A stretch of DNA of 64,000 bases from an uncultured delta proteobacterium (GCA_963782055.1 CAWAIF010000003.1:6144001-6208000), one strand, 5' to 3'; positions 33,348-45,409 are shown, counted from the stretch's first letter. Numbers and translations are program-made. The notes: a model not told the origin generated them from the letters alone.

Positions 33348-33727
33348 TTCGGTGGCAGCGGGCATGTTGGCTCGCAGGTGAGACCGCCGCCGTCCGGTTC
33401 CGTGGCGCAGCAGTGTTCGGGGCTGCAGCTCGAAAGGAAGTGGCCGCATGTGCACGTAGCGCCATCGCCGCAGGTACCTCGACAGACCGCACCATTGCAA
33501 CAGGTGAGTCGTTCCATGCCATTCCCCACATCGAGCACCGCCGCATCCTCGCACGGGTTGCCGGCATCCTGCTCCACATCTTGCGAAGCATCCAACGCGG
33601 CGGCGGAGTCCTCAGTTCCGCCTTCCGCCGGGCCCGCATCACGCGCGCCGCCGGGCTGCGTGCTGGCGCACCCGATCAGGACGGTGGCCGAGAGGAGCGC
33701 CGCAGAGTTCAGCCCGGCCACGGCCAC
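33344..33727 (-). CDS. Cys-rich lipoprotein
   Basis: VLIGC lipobox, DAG linker, CCNGAVCRGTC. Confidence 0.7.
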   Translation of the reverse strand: MAVAGLNSAALLSATVLIGCASTQPGGARDAGPAEGGTEDSAAALDASQDVEQDAGNPCEDAAVLDVGNGMERLTCCNGAVCRGTCGDGATCTCGHFLSSCSPEHCCATEPDGGGLTCEPTCPLPPK

Positions 33728-33918
33728 GCCTGAAGATGCAGCTCCTGTCCCTGGTAGATGTTCGTCTGATGGCACCCCAGGTGTTCGTCGCTCGAGTAGA
33801 TGGCGACGTGCGTGAACGCCGTTCCCGATGGCGAGGTGACGGGTACGTAGCGAAACCCGAAGAAGTCCCCCCAGTAGTAGTAGTTGCTCCCATACCGAGC
33901 GGGGCACACCTCCGGGTC
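33709..33918 (-). pseudogene. C-terminal fragment of a large secreted protein cut by IS66
   Basis: YYYWGDFFGF resembles the WGDY C-terminal motif of the other large proteins. Confidence 0.6.
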
Positions 33919-33983
33919 GTGTCTGCTTAGCGGTGTCGCACACTGTGGGTCCATTCTTCGTTCCTGATGCGAGAAGTTCTTTC
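33919..33983 (+). mobile_element. IS66 left-end remnant
   Basis: Identical to 57801-57865. Confidence 0.9.
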
Positions 33984-35432
33984 GGCTCCCCCGCCGAATC
34001 CGTGGGTTGACGTGAAGCGGATCGCTCGGCGCTCGTCACGGGGCTCGCATCGCGGGAGCGTGTGGGCGTCCCGCCCGCGAGCCTCGCGCCGAGCGCCGGT
34101 CGTTGGGGCTGGAAGGGAAGGATGCATCGTGCAAGGAAGACGGCATCCAACCTCCAACCCCCTCGCACGATGCACCTTCAATCTATCCTGCGCCGGCTGC
34201 AGCCGCAGCCCGGATTCGTCTACGACAAGATCACCTGGGCCGGGACGCCCACGCGGCCAGCGCTGCACGTCCACGTTCGACCTCGCCGCGGGTCCCTTGC
34301 CGTGTGCTCGCACTGCTACCGGAAGCGGCGCGGCTACGACCACGGGCCGCCGCGCCTGTTCACCTTCGTGCCGCTCTGGGGCATCGCGGTGTTGTTCGTC
34401 TATGCGATGCGCCGCGTGGACTGTCCGCGTTGCGGCGTCACGGTGGAGCTGGTGCCCTGGGCCTCCGGCAAGAGCCAGGCGACGCACGCGTTCGTGTGGT
34501 TCGTCGCGAGCTGGGCGCGGGTGCTCTCGTGGACGGAGGTGGCGCGCCGCTTCCACTCGAGCTGGGACACCGTCTTCCGCTGCGTCGAGCACGCGGTACA
34601 GTGGGGCCTCGAGCATCGCAGCCTCGATGGCATCCGGTCCATCGGCGTCGACGAGCTGGCCTGGAAGAAGGGGCAGAAGTACCTCACCGTCGTCTACCAG
34701 ATCGACCACGACTGCCGTCGCCTGCTCCACATCGCCCGCGACCGCACCGCCGCGAGCTTCCATTCCTTCTTCGACATGCTCGGCGAGGAGCGCACCAAGG
34801 CTATCGCCTTCGTGGCCAGCGACATGTGGCGTGCCTTCCTCAGCGTCGTGCAGGCCCGCTGCTCCGTCGTCCTCCACGTGCTGGACCGCTTCCACGTCGC
34901 CAAGCTCCTCGGCGAGGCCGTCGACACCGTCCGTCGCGACGAGGTCCGCGCCCTGCGCGCCACCGGACGCCACCCCCTGCTCACCAAGACCCGCTGGCTG
35001 CTGCTCAAGCGGCCCAAGAACCTCCGGCGCGGCGAGCGCGGTCGCCTGCGCGAGCTCGTCCGCATCAACCTTCGCTCCGTCCGTGCCTACCTGCTCAAGG
35101 AGCAGTTCCAGCACTTCTGGACCTACACCTCGGTCGCCGGCGCCGGCCGCTTCCTCGACCGCTGGACCACCATGGCCTTGCGGTCCCGCCTCGCCCCCTT
35201 TGCGAAGTTCGCGCGCACCCTCCGGAGCCACCGACGCGAGCTGCTCAACTGGTTCCTCGCCCGAGGGGAGTTCGCCGCGGGCGCCACCGAGGGATTCAAC
35301 AACAAGGCGCGAGTTACGACCCGAAAGGCGTACGGCTTCCGCAGTCCAAGACACGCCGAGATCGCCCTGTATCATGCGCTTGGTGCCCTACCCGAGCCGC
35401 CTTGGCTCACCCACAGATTCTGCTGAGGAGGC
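33984..35432 (+). mobile_element. ISL3-family element, transposase ORF 34062..35426
   Basis: IRs GGCTCCCCCGCCGAATC / GCCTCCTCAGCAGAATC; IGVDE, SDMW, DRFH, EGFNNK, AYGFR; no TSD. Confidence 0.92.
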
Positions 35433-35922
35433 GGATTTCCTATGCGCCGACCCGGCACGCCCACCGCGTAGCACAACTTCCCCCCGCACGCGTGCCCGCG
35501 ACCCGCCCCGGGCTGGGAGGGGACGCGCCCATGCCCCGCCCACTCGATCGCACGAGGCAGCCCTCCGCGACCTCACGCCCCCGCTCCGGGTGGCGCGTGA
35601 AGTGCCTGAAGGCTTCGGCCTCGCGCTCGCGGTCCCTCCTCACATCCTCCGTCGACTCGGGTGTGCGACGTGCCCGAGTCGGCCCCCGCGCGACGGCGAG
35701 GCGCGCGCTCCCCCGACTGCTGGACGCGTCGCGCTGGTGTGGGAGAGCCGTCCAGAACTGCTCCCGAGGAACCGCTGCGGTTCCCTCCGGGGTGGCGGTC
35801 GGGTTTACGGATTCGTCACCAGACGACGATTGACAACTATCGCGATCCGATCTGTAGTGGTCTTGTCGGGGGACTGAGCCGCAAGTCGCCTCCGACGTCG
35901 ACTTCGACGCGAGGAGGACTCG

Positions 35923-37411
35923 ATGGACCACATGCCCCCCCCCCGGACGTACACGCACATACTCTAGCTCTGCTGCCGAGCTCGTTCCGCTCGCGCTCGC
36001 ACTGACGCTTTCGATGGCGGCTTCGCTCGGGTGCAGCCCCGCGCCGCTTCCCAGCCCCGGACCGGAGCAGCTCGTCGACAACAACGGGGACGAGACCTCC
36101 GCGGGCTTCGCGCCGGCGAGCGTCGGCGAGGCGGCCGGGATCCCGGTCGCCTTTCCCGCGACGGCCGTGTCCTCGTTCAACGAGTTCACGCGACCGGCGG
36201 GCGGCGGAATCTTCGGCTATGCTTGGACGGTGGACGGCATCAACTGGACGAGCTGCAACGCGGACCAGTCGGGGCCTTGCTTCGTTCCCAAGCACCCGTC
36301 GCAGAAGAACTGGCGTGGAGACCCCGCCATCGCCGCCGCGCCGCAGGGTGGCGGGATCGTCGTCGCGGCCAACCTGGCCAACACCACCGACGACTCCGGC
36401 AACCCGAACATGATCGTAGCGGCGCTCTCCTTCGACGGGGGGCGCTCCTACGGCAACACCCAGTGGGTGAATGGCGATGGCTGCACGGACGGCGATCAGG
36501 ACCAGGAAGCCATCGCCTTCGACCCGACCACGACCGAGCCGACCGTGTGGATCGCCTGGCGGCACAACGGGGCCGCTGGTCTCTCGGGGACGTACGGGAT
36601 CTGCGTCCGCGGAGGCACGGTGAACGCTGCGGCGCACACCATCGACTGGTTCGGCCCGTCGGAGGAGATGCAGAACCTCGACCGCGCGCCCTTCCACGGC
36701 GCCGGCGGCCTGCTGATCCAGCCGGCACACGACGCCGTGACGGTGATGTACTCGAACACCGACCGTGCGGACACGTCGATCTTTTGCAGCACGCACGACA
36801 CGCAGGTCAAGTGGTTCACAGGCACGACGACCGATGCCGGGGCGAGCTGGTCGTCGAGCCACTTGGTCTACGACACCCAGACCTTCCACTGGTGCACGTC
36901 CGGGTTGCACTACCAGAACGGACTGCGGGCCTTCGGCTTCGTGCGCGACTCCTATGGTGACCTCTGGGCTGCCGTTCACGACAGCCCCGGCACCATCCGC
37001 ACCTTCACCAGCACGGACGAAGGCACCACGTGGATCGCCAACAGGGTGATCTCGGTGATCGGATTCCCCGATCTCCTCTTTCCGACGCTCGCCGCGGGCG
37101 CGGGGGGACGAGTGGGCCTCACCTTCTACGGCAGCGAATCTGCGGAGCGAACGATGCGGATGTTCTTCACGGCCAAGGGCTACGATCCCGCGCAGCCTCA
37201 GCGCTGGAGCTTCCCGCTGGCGTACGGCAACGTGTTCCTGGCGTCGGGGCTGCTGAGCCGATCGCTCGGCGATTACCTCGGGATGACCGTCGTGCCGAGC
37301 GGCTCCTTTCACTTCGGCGACGACGAGACCTTCCTGCCGCTCTACACCGACGGCGGCGGGGCGGGCTTTCAGGTCTCGTCGGCGCTCATCGACATGCCGG
37401 GGACGCTGTGA
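35923..37411 (+). CDS. Secreted BNR/sialidase-like lipoprotein (start out of frame at a C10 tract)
   Basis: RBS GAGGAGG and ATG 35923; main ORF 36014..37411; SLGC lipobox, Asp-boxes SFDGGRSY and STDEGTTW, LGDYLGM. Confidence 0.75.
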
Positions 37412-37839
37412 TCGCTCCGCGCCGTTGCAGCGCATTCCTTCTCGCCTGTGCAATGTTCGGGCTGGGCGCCGCCCCGGCCTGCGGGGGCCGAACCGGCGAC
37501 GGTACGGACGCCGGTGTCGACGGGGCGGCAGACGCCGGTGCGGAGGCTGGACCCTGCGACCCCAATGTCCCGAGGCTGCCTCAACAACCCTGCACCGCCG
37601 ACCTCGTCAAGATCTGCCAGGACTGGGCGGCCCAGGCGGCCGCACCCGCCGGCGCTTACGGCTCCGCGAGCTGCATCGTGGACAGCGTGACGGGCCATAC
37701 CGACTGCACGCTACCGACCTGTGACAACGGGATCTGCGGTTGCGGGTCCAGCAACGTCGTGTGCCAGAGCGGCCAGGTCTGCGCGAGCGACACGCCCGGC
37801 GGCCCCCTGCACTGCGTGACCGCCTGCAAGGGGCTCTGA
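37408..37839 (+). CDS. Small Cys-rich lipoprotein
   Basis: GTGA overlap; PACGG, DAG linker. Confidence 0.75.
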   Translation: MIAPRRCSAFLLACAMFGLGAAPACGGRTGDGTDAGVDGAADAGAEAGPCDPNVPRLPQQPCTADLVKICQDWAAQAAAPAGAYGSASCIVDSVTGHTDCTLPTCDNGICGCGSSNVVCQSGQVCASDTPGGPLHCVTACKGL

Positions 37840-37841
37840 GC

Positions 37842-38285
37842 GTGCGGCGCCTTCGTCTACTCGCCGTGCTCCTCGTGACGGCGTCCGCTGCCTGCGGCGG
37901 CGTCGTGGTGGACGACGACGGCGGCGCCAACTCGAACGGAGACGCCGCCCCCACGGGGGATGGCGCGCCGGACGACGCCGCCGGTGTGCCCCCCTTCCTC
38001 GACGCCTCGTGGGACAGCCCCTGCTACACCGTCAGCTACTCCTTCGGGGACGGCAAGTGCTCCCCGGAGCGCGACGCCATCTGCGAGGCCAAGGCAATGC
38101 GTGCCGCCGTCGACGCCTATGCGCACTCGCGATGCCTGAACGGCCTCTGCACCCGCGGGGACTACTGCTACGGCAACCCCGTCGTGTGCGCCTGCTCGCC
38201 CAAGGTCATCTGCGCGGCGGGGTACGTCTGCTACAGCTTCACGCCCGACGGCGGCGCGCACTGCAAGGTGGAGTGCACCCCCTGA
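37842..38285 (+). CDS. Small Cys-rich lipoprotein, paralogue of the preceding gene
   Basis: AACGG; shared C-terminus C..G.VC.S.TP.G..HC...C. Confidence 0.75.
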   Translation: MRRLRLLAVLLVTASAACGGVVVDDDGGANSNGDAAPTGDGAPDDAAGVPPFLDASWDSPCYTVSYSFGDGKCSPERDAICEAKAMRAAVDAYAHSRCLNGLCTRGDYCYGNPVVCACSPKVICAAGYVCYSFTPDGGAHCKVECTP

Positions 38286-38357
38286 CGCGCCCGCCAACGA
38301 CGCCGTCACCTGTACAGACGCCTTGACAGGTCGCCGCGACGTTGGCGAGATGCGCTC

Positions 38358-38936
38358 GTGCAAGGGGACGTCCGGGACCTCGCCCGCCGCTGGGAGCGCT
38401 CGCTGCGGCGCGCCCTGCCCGCGGTCCGGCGCGAGGCCCTCCGCCTCGAGCGCGGCGCGCTCCGGAGGCCGGAGCGCTTCCACGATCTCGGCGTCGCGCT
38501 GGACGCGTGGCGGCGCTCCGGGCGCTTCCGCCTCCTCGGCTTCCGCTCCTTCACCGCGTACCTCCGCGCGCGCGGGGGGATGAGCCGCGCGACGGCGTAC
38601 AAGCTCATGGCGGTGGCGTCGGGCATGGACAGGGCGACGGCGAACGCGCTCGGTCTGGAGCGCGCCTACGCGGCGACGCGCCTCGGCCCGCGGGGCACCG
38701 CCCTCGCCGCCGACAGCTCCGTCCGCGCCCTGCGTGCCCGCGCGACCGCCACGCCGGGCCGCGCCGCCGGCGCCGCCGCCCGCGCCCTCGCCGCGGCCCT
38801 CCGCGCGCCGCTCGGTGACCGCGGGCGCGTCCGCGCCTCGCGCCGCGGCAAGGGGTGGCGGATCGCGCTCGAGCTGAACGTCGAGGACGCCCGCACGCTC
38901 GCCCGGCTCGTCCGGGCGCCGCGCCGATCGCCTTGA
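38358..38936 (+). CDS. Hypothetical protein, possibly HTH DNA-binding
   Basis: LLGFRSFTAYL...MSRATAYKLMAVA segment. Confidence 0.55.
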   Translation: MQGDVRDLARRWERSLRRALPAVRREALRLERGALRRPERFHDLGVALDAWRRSGRFRLLGFRSFTAYLRARGGMSRATAYKLMAVASGMDRATANALGLERAYAATRLGPRGTALAADSSVRALRARATATPGRAAGAAARALAAALRAPLGDRGRVRASRRGKGWRIALELNVEDARTLARLVRAPRRSP

Positions 38937-38998
38937 CGTCCCGTCCCCCGGCCAGGAGAGAACGGACACCCGCGCGCGTTGCAGGGGCCCCCCCCGAG

Positions 38999-39433
38999 CC
39001 GCCGCGCGCGGGAGTCGGCAAGGCTGCGAGCGCAGCGAGGACGGCCCCGGCCTTGCCAACCCCCTTCCCCTTCCCGTTCCCGTTCCCCCTTCCCGTTCCC
39101 CGTTCCCGTTCCCGTTCCCGTTCCCCTTCCCTTCGCGTGCGCAAGTGCGGGCGCGTGCGCGAACGCGGGCGCGGGCGCGAACGCGAGCGCGAGCGCGAGC
39201 GCGGGCGCGGGCGAGGGCGAGGGCGGGAGAGGAGGGGGCTCGCTCGGGGGGAGGTCATCGTCCCGCCGTGCTCGGAGTCGGCAAGGCCAGGCCGTGCTCG
39301 CCGTCCTCGCCGTGCTCGGCCGCGCGTGCGCCTCGGGCGACGATGGACGCAGCGCGCGGCCTGCGCGCGGCTGCGGGCGGCTGCGCGCGGTGCGCGCTCC
39401 GCGCGCAGCCTTGCCGACTCCTGCGCGCGGCGG
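38999..39433. repeat. 30-bp inverted repeat enclosing hexamer tandem repeats
   Basis: 38999-39028 versus 39404-39433 (1 mismatch); (CCCGTT)n at 39061-39134; (GCGRRC)n at 39135-39224. Confidence 0.8.
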
Positions 39434-39489
39434 GCTTGGGCGTTCGCCCCCCGCGCGAGGGTGCGCGGGCGCATGCAAGGAGTCGAACG

Positions 39490-39814
39490 ATGTTGCGTAT
39501 CTATCCTGTGTTGCTGGAGCTCGTGCGGACGCTGGCACCTCTCGTGCGGGAGCTAGAGCGGCATGATCCGAGATCTCGCGCGGCAGTGCAGGCGGGCGCT
39601 GGCGAGCGCGCCGCTCAACGTGGCCGAGGGGATGTACTCGCAGGGGCGCAACCGGAGGGCGCGCTACCACAACGCGCTCGGCTCCCTGCGGGAGGTGCTG
39701 GGGTGCTTCGAGGTCGCCGCGGCGCTCGGCTACTTGCCCGGGCTCGACGACGGACTGCGGGACCGCGTGGATCACGTGCTCGGCACGCTGGTCCGCCTGG
39801 TCGTCGCGCGCTGA
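39490..39814 (+). pseudogene. Four-helix-bundle protein (23S IVP / Avd-like), 1-bp insertion
   Basis: MLRIYPV...DLARQCRRALASAPLNVAEG...ALGSLREV...AAALGY; extra A at ~39571. Confidence 0.8.
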
Positions 39815-40362
39815 GGCGCGCGATCGGCGACGTCGCCGGAAGATCGGCGACGTCGCCGATGCGCCTGGGCGCGAGCGCGTGGGCGGGCGCGGGCGCGTGG
39901 GCGGGCGCGTGGGCGCGTGGGCGAGCGCGAGCGCGTGGCCGGAACCGGGCGGGCGCGATGAGACAGGACATCGCGCCCGCCGAGCCACCCTGGTCCGTCC
40001 TTCCAGTGAGACCGGACGGCCCCACTTCGCATAAGTAAGAGTCGATTGCGTGAGCGCGCCGGGTCGCGGCGGCGGTCGCGTGGCGCGGGTGCGCGGTCGC
40101 GAAATCGACGGTTGGACGAAGCCGGTGCGCGGCAGCGGCGAGGCGGTGGCCTCGGAGCCCTATGGGGAAGTTGGCGGCGTGTGGGTCACGTGTGCGGGTG
40201 CGCGAGGTGCGGAGCGGGCGGCGGGACGGCGCTCGACGCGGGCGTCCCGGAGCGCGCAGCGGGCAGCCGTGCGTGCTCGGAGGGCGGGTTTTCGTGGCGC
40301 GGATGGACAGGGGCCTGCGCCGCACTCGTGGAGCGAGCGCAGTGGAACACGACGCGGGGAGA

Positions 40363-41523
40363 TCATGCGGCCCCCGGCGGGTCGCGAGCTCGGGGCTCCG
40401 GCAGCGCGGTGCGCACGAGGGCAGGCGTGTGGCAAGCGGGGCAGCGGCGCAGGTCGATGCCCGCGATTCGCAGCAGCAGGTCGGCGGCGTCGGCACGGCG
40501 CACCGGTCGCGCAGCGGGCGCCGCGTGCGGACCCAGTCTGCGGCGTGCGGTCTCGAGGCGCGTGGTGGCGTGGCTGGCGGAGTGCAGGCCGTAGTGGCGG
40601 ATCTTGACGAAGCCGCGCGGCAGCACGTGCTGGACGAAGCGCGCGAGCAGCTCCTCGGCCGGGACGGTGACCGACTTGCCGTCTCTGGTGCGGAAGGTGA
40701 CGCCGCGCTCGCCCATCGAGACGAAGCGGTGGTTGGAGATGCCGACGCGGTGCGTGTAGCGACCGAGGTAGCGGATGACCTGAGCGGGGCCGCCAAAGGG
40801 TCGCTTGGCGTAGACGACCCAGGCCTTGCGTCGGAGCGCCAGCAGGTCGACGCCGCCCAGGTCGACGAGGCCGCGCGCGTGGGCGCGCTCGAGAGCGGCG
40901 AGCATCTTGCCGCGAAAGAGCGCGCCCATCACGCGCACGGGGAAGAGGAAGCGACGGCGCGCGCGCACCCAGCGCGCGGCGTCGCCGGTGAGTCCGCCGC
41001 CGGTGACGATGGCGTGCACGTGGGGGTGGAAGAGCAGCGCGCGCGTCCAGGTGTGCAGGACCATCGTGACGCCGAGCTCGGCGCCGAGCCACTTCGGATC
41101 CCGCGCGAGGGTGGCCAGCGTGTCGGCCGCGCTCGCGAAGAGCATGTCGAAGACCCGCGCGCGCGAGCGCCGCGCGACGGCGCGCAGCTCGGCGGGGAGC
41201 GTGAAGACGACGTGGAAGTAGTGCACGGGCAGAATGCGCTCGAGCCGCGTGGCGACCCACCGCGCCTGCGCGAGCGACTGGCACTTGGGACAGTGCCGGT
41301 TGCGGCACGAGTTGTACGACGGTCGCTCGAGCCCGCACGCGGTGCACACGTCCAGATGTCCGCCCAGCGCGGCGGTCCGGCATCGCTCGATCGCCCGCAG
41401 CGCCGACCGCTCCTCGGGACGCAGCACGCGGCCGCCGGCGAAGGCCTCGCCGTGGGCGCGCACCACGTCCGCGAGCTCGATGGGCGCCGCGCACGTGCGC
41501 GCGGGCGCACACGACGGGTGCAT
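40363..41523 (-). CDS. IS91-family (Y2 HUH) transposase with Zn-binding domain
   Basis: CRTAALGGH...YNSCRNRHCPKC; HPHVH; YLGRY. Confidence 0.92.
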   Translation of the reverse strand: MHPSCAPARTCAAPIELADVVRAHGEAFAGGRVLRPEERSALRAIERCRTAALGGHLDVCTACGLERPSYNSCRNRHCPKCQSLAQARWVATRLERILPVHYFHVVFTLPAELRAVARRSRARVFDMLFASAADTLATLARDPKWLGAELGVTMVLHTWTRALLFHPHVHAIVTGGGLTGDAARWVRARRRFLFPVRVMGALFRGKMLAALERAHARGLVDLGGVDLLALRRKAWVVYAKRPFGGPAQVIRYLGRYTHRVGISNHRFVSMGERGVTFRTRDGKSVTVPAEELLARFVQHVLPRGFVKIRHYGLHSASHATTRLETARRRLGPHAAPAARPVRRADAADLLLRIAGIDLRRCPACHTPALVRTALPEPRARDPPGAA

Positions 41524-41529
41524 CGGGGC

Positions 41530-42375
41530 TCAGGGCAGCGCGTCGAGGGGGCTCTGAATCGACTGCACGCGGGCGGTGCTCACGTGCAGGTAGGCCATCG
41601 TGCTCCTGAGCGACGCGTGCCCGAGCAAGACCTGCAACGTGCGAAGGTCGGTCCCTGCGTCGAGCAGGTGCGTGGCGAAGCTGTGGCGCAGCGTGTGCGG
41701 CGACACGCGCCGGGTGATGCCCGCGCGCCGCGCCGCCTTGAGGATCGCCCGGTGGACGGCCGCGCGCGTGAGGAGCGTCCCGGGCACGCGCCCCGGAAAC
41801 AGTTGCGGTCCTGCGGGTCGTGACGCCTTCCAGTACGCGCGCAGCGTCGCCAGCAGCCTCGCGCTGAGCATCACGTAGCGCTCACGCCCGCGCTTGGTGT
41901 GCCGCACGTGCAGGAGCATCCGCTTCGGATCGATGTCGTCCACCCGGAGCTTGCACACCTCGCTCACGCGCAGCCCCGCCCCGTAGGCGAGCATCACCAG
42001 GGCCCGGTGCTTGTGGCTCGTGAGCGACGCGAGCAGCCGCGCCACCTCCGCGCTCGTCAGCACCACCGGCACGTGCATCGGCACCCGCATGCGCGCCATC
42101 CCCAGCGTCGCCTCCGGCCGCTCCAGCGTCACCTCGTAGAGAAACCTCAGCGCGGCCGCGTGCACGTTGACCGTCAGCGCCGCCAGCCTGCGCTCCGCCA
42201 CCAGGTGCAAAAGGAACGTCCGGATCTCCGCCGCCCCCAGCGCGCACGGCGACCGCCCGTGGTACTGCGCGAACCGCCGCACGCACCCCACGTACGTGGC
42301 GATCGTGTTGGCGCTCATCCCTCGCAGCGCGAGGTCCTCGCTCATCGTGTCCCGCAGTCTTCGCTTCGCACCCAT
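41530..42375 (-). CDS. Tyrosine recombinase (phage integrase family)
   Basis: YGAGLRVSE, HTLRHSFATHLL, LLGH, TMAY. Confidence 0.92.
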   Translation of the reverse strand: MGAKRRLRDTMSEDLALRGMSANTIATYVGCVRRFAQYHGRSPCALGAAEIRTFLLHLVAERRLAALTVNVHAAALRFLYEVTLERPEATLGMARMRVPMHVPVVLTSAEVARLLASLTSHKHRALVMLAYGAGLRVSEVCKLRVDDIDPKRMLLHVRHTKRGRERYVMLSARLLATLRAYWKASRPAGPQLFPGRVPGTLLTRAAVHRAILKAARRAGITRRVSPHTLRHSFATHLLDAGTDLRTLQVLLGHASLRSTMAYLHVSTARVQSIQSPLDALP

Positions 42376-43964
42376 CGCGGCCTCCTTCGGCTCCGCGCGC
42401 GCCCACGAGCGGGCGGCGCGCGCCGCAGGATCGCCCGCATCACGGCACGCGAGGGCTACGAGGCGGGCTCGTCAGCGCGCACACGGCTCGCGGGGCTCCC
42501 GGGTCGCGAGCGAGCTTGATGCGGAGCCACGCTGCCGCGCAGCGGCTTCGTCCAGTGCGCCCAGCATGGGCATCAACCCGGAGGTGAAAGTCCTTCCTGA
42601 AATTGGTCACAATGACAGAAGCGAACCACAAGGGCGGAACCGTGAGGGACCGTCTGGAGGAAGTGGGGAGCGAAGCCGCGGGCCGACGTACAGAAATCGG
42701 ATCGGAGGCGTGGCCGAGCAGGGCGAGCGGACTGGAACCCGCGAAGCTCTCGTGACCGAAGCTCGGCGGCGTATATCCGGCGGTCGTGCGGTGAAGGTTG
42801 ATGCTCTTACCTGGGGAGATCTCGCCTCGCGCCTGAAAGGGCGACGGCCGGCGACAACGTCGGACGGAGCGAGAAGTCAGCAGAGGCCGTAGTAGCGGCG
42901 AAGGAGCCGGGCAGGGACCCCCCCCGAACCCCGGAAGTCTCTATCGCTGCGAAGGGCCAAACGGAGAGGAGGGCGAAACGCCCATGGATCTCGAGAACGC
43001 GCAGCCACAGAAGTCCAAGAGCGAGACGCCGACCGCCGCGGATGGTGAAGCCCCGAGCGACGACCGACGCGTGGAAGCGGATTCGGCGACCCATGGAACC
43101 GAGCGCTCAGGAACGAGCGGGCTGATGGAGGCGGCGCTCACGCGCAAGAACCTTCAGGCCGCGCTGAAGCGAGTGAAGCGGAACAAGGGCAGTCCCGGCA
43201 TCGACGGGATGACGGTGGAGGAGCTACCGGACCACCTTCGCGTGCACTGGCCGTCCCTCCGCGAGCAGCTGCTCGCGGGGACGTACCAGCCGCAGCCGGT
43301 GCGACGGCACGTGATTCCGAAGAGCGGCGGCGGCGAGCGACAGCTCGGCATCCCGACGGTGCTCGACCGACTCATCCAGCAGGCCCTCTTGCAGGTCCTG
43401 CAGCCTCGATTCGATCCGACCTTCTCGGAGCACAGCCACGGCTTCCGGCCGCGGCGCAGCGCGCACGACGCCGTGCGCGAGGCGAAGCGGTATGTGCAGC
43501 AAGGAAGACGATGGGTGGTCGACGTGGATCTCGAAGCTTTCTTCGACCGCGTCAACCACGACGTGCTCATGGGGAGACTGGCCAAACGAATCGAGGATCG
43601 GCGCGTGCTGGGACTCATCCGTCGCTACCTGAACGCCGGCATCATGGCGAACGGCGTCGTGATGGATCGCGACGAGGGAACGCCCCAGGGCGGTCCTCTC
43701 TCGCCAATGCTTGCGAACGTGCTCCTCGACGAAGTCGACAAGGAGCTGGAGAAGCGCGGACACGCCTTCGTGCGCTACGCCGATGACAGCAACGTTTACG
43801 TGCGGTCACGGCGAGCGGGCGAGCGGGTCATGCAGGCGCTGCGGCGTCTCTACGCGAAGCTCCATCTCCAGATCAACGAGTCGAAGAGCGCGGTGGCACC
43901 CGTGCAAGACCGGAAGTTCCTCGGCTACACCTTTTGGTTGTCGTCGAAGAACGAGGTCCGCTGC

Positions 43965-45409
43965 CATGCCCGATCTCTTAAGCACCGATCGCCCCAAGTT
44001 TGAGGGCGATTCGTTTCCTGGAGCGTGAAGGTTGTCGTTCGCGTGCCAGAGCGACGAGTGCCGCGCCCACGGTGGTCACGACGGCAGTCCACGCGGCGGT
44101 GCTCAGGGAGACGAGGGCGTCGACCAGGTCCCGCGCGTAGGCGCGCACGACGTGCAACGTCGCCAGGGGGCGCAGTTGCTCGAGAGGGACGTCGCGCGCG
44201 AGTGCAGCCTGGATCCTGACCGAGCGCACGAGCGCGTGGGCGAGCATCGCGCCGTAGGTGAGCGCCTTGATCGCGTGGGGATCGGCGGTGAAGGAGCGGC
44301 CGAGGTCGGCGGTCTGCTTCAGCTCGCGAAAGAGCAGCTCGATCAGCCAGCGGAGTCGGTAGGTCTGGATGATCTGCCGTGGCGAGAGCACGCTGCGCGG
44401 CACGGTGGTCAGGTACCAGCGGATGACGGTCGACTTGTGCGCGAGTCCCACGAGCCGCAATGCGACGGTGTCCTTGCCCTTGCCCCACGTCACGTCGAGG
44501 TCGAAGATCGTCCCGCGCTTGCGCGACACGCTCTGCAGGTAGTAGCCAAGCGACCAGTTGTGGAGCGGGGTGTGGCCGTTCTCCGAGATGTGCGCGGTCA
44601 CGCGTACCTTCGCCGTGGTCTTGAGGCGCATCAGCACGTGCGCGCCGGCAGCCTTCGCCTGGGTGAACAGAGCGCGCTCGAAAAAGCCGAGGTCGAAGAG
44701 GTAGAGCACCCCGCGCGTGAAGCTCGGGACCAGCTTCCGCCACAGCGGCGTCTCCGACGCGGTCTCCGCGTCGGAGACGCCGTGCTCGAGCAGGCCGGTC
44801 TTGATGCTGTAGCCCATCACCCACTTGGTGCCGGCCTTGCCCTTGGTGCATCCCGGCAGCAGCTCGCGCCCGCGCGGTGGCACGCGCTGCCCCGTACCGT
44901 CGTAGACCCGCACGTCCTCGAAGCGGGCGAGCGGCCCGCTCAGCTCCAGGCCCGCCGCCTTCGTCACCGACGCCACGAGGTGCTCGAGCGCCGCGCGGAA
45001 GAACGCCGCCGCCGACTCCTGCTTGAACCGCTTCTGGAACGGGCACGGGCGCATGAAGCCGAAGCGCCTCACGAAGATCGCCCGCAGCGACTCGAACGAC
45101 AGCGTCTGGCCCGCGAGGAACCCCTCGACGACCGTGAGCACCAGGCGGAACGCGGTGGCGCGCCGCTGCCGCGGGTTGTAGCCGGTGCGGCCCCGAAGCT
45201 CGTCGATGACCGCCGGCGTGAAGGTCCGCTGCAGCTGCTCCTCCACCGCGCTCGCCTCTTCGCTCGGGTCTGGACGGCTGCTCGTGGCTCGGGTAGCTCT
45301 CGTCGTCATCGGGCGTCCTCTCCTTGTTGGTGTCGCAACCGAACAACGAGAAAGGCGCCCGATTTATTTCCATCATTCCGCCACGTTATGTCCAAAGGAT
45401 CTGGCCATG
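43965..45409 (-). mobile_element. IS4-family element (transposase 43978..45309)
   Basis: TSD GGTCCGCTGC at 43955-43964 and 45410-45419. Confidence 0.95.

Noticed and set aside
41530..42375. Integron integrase IntI
   Set aside because: 281 aa, no IntI-specific insertion recognised, and always coupled to the IS91-type transposase
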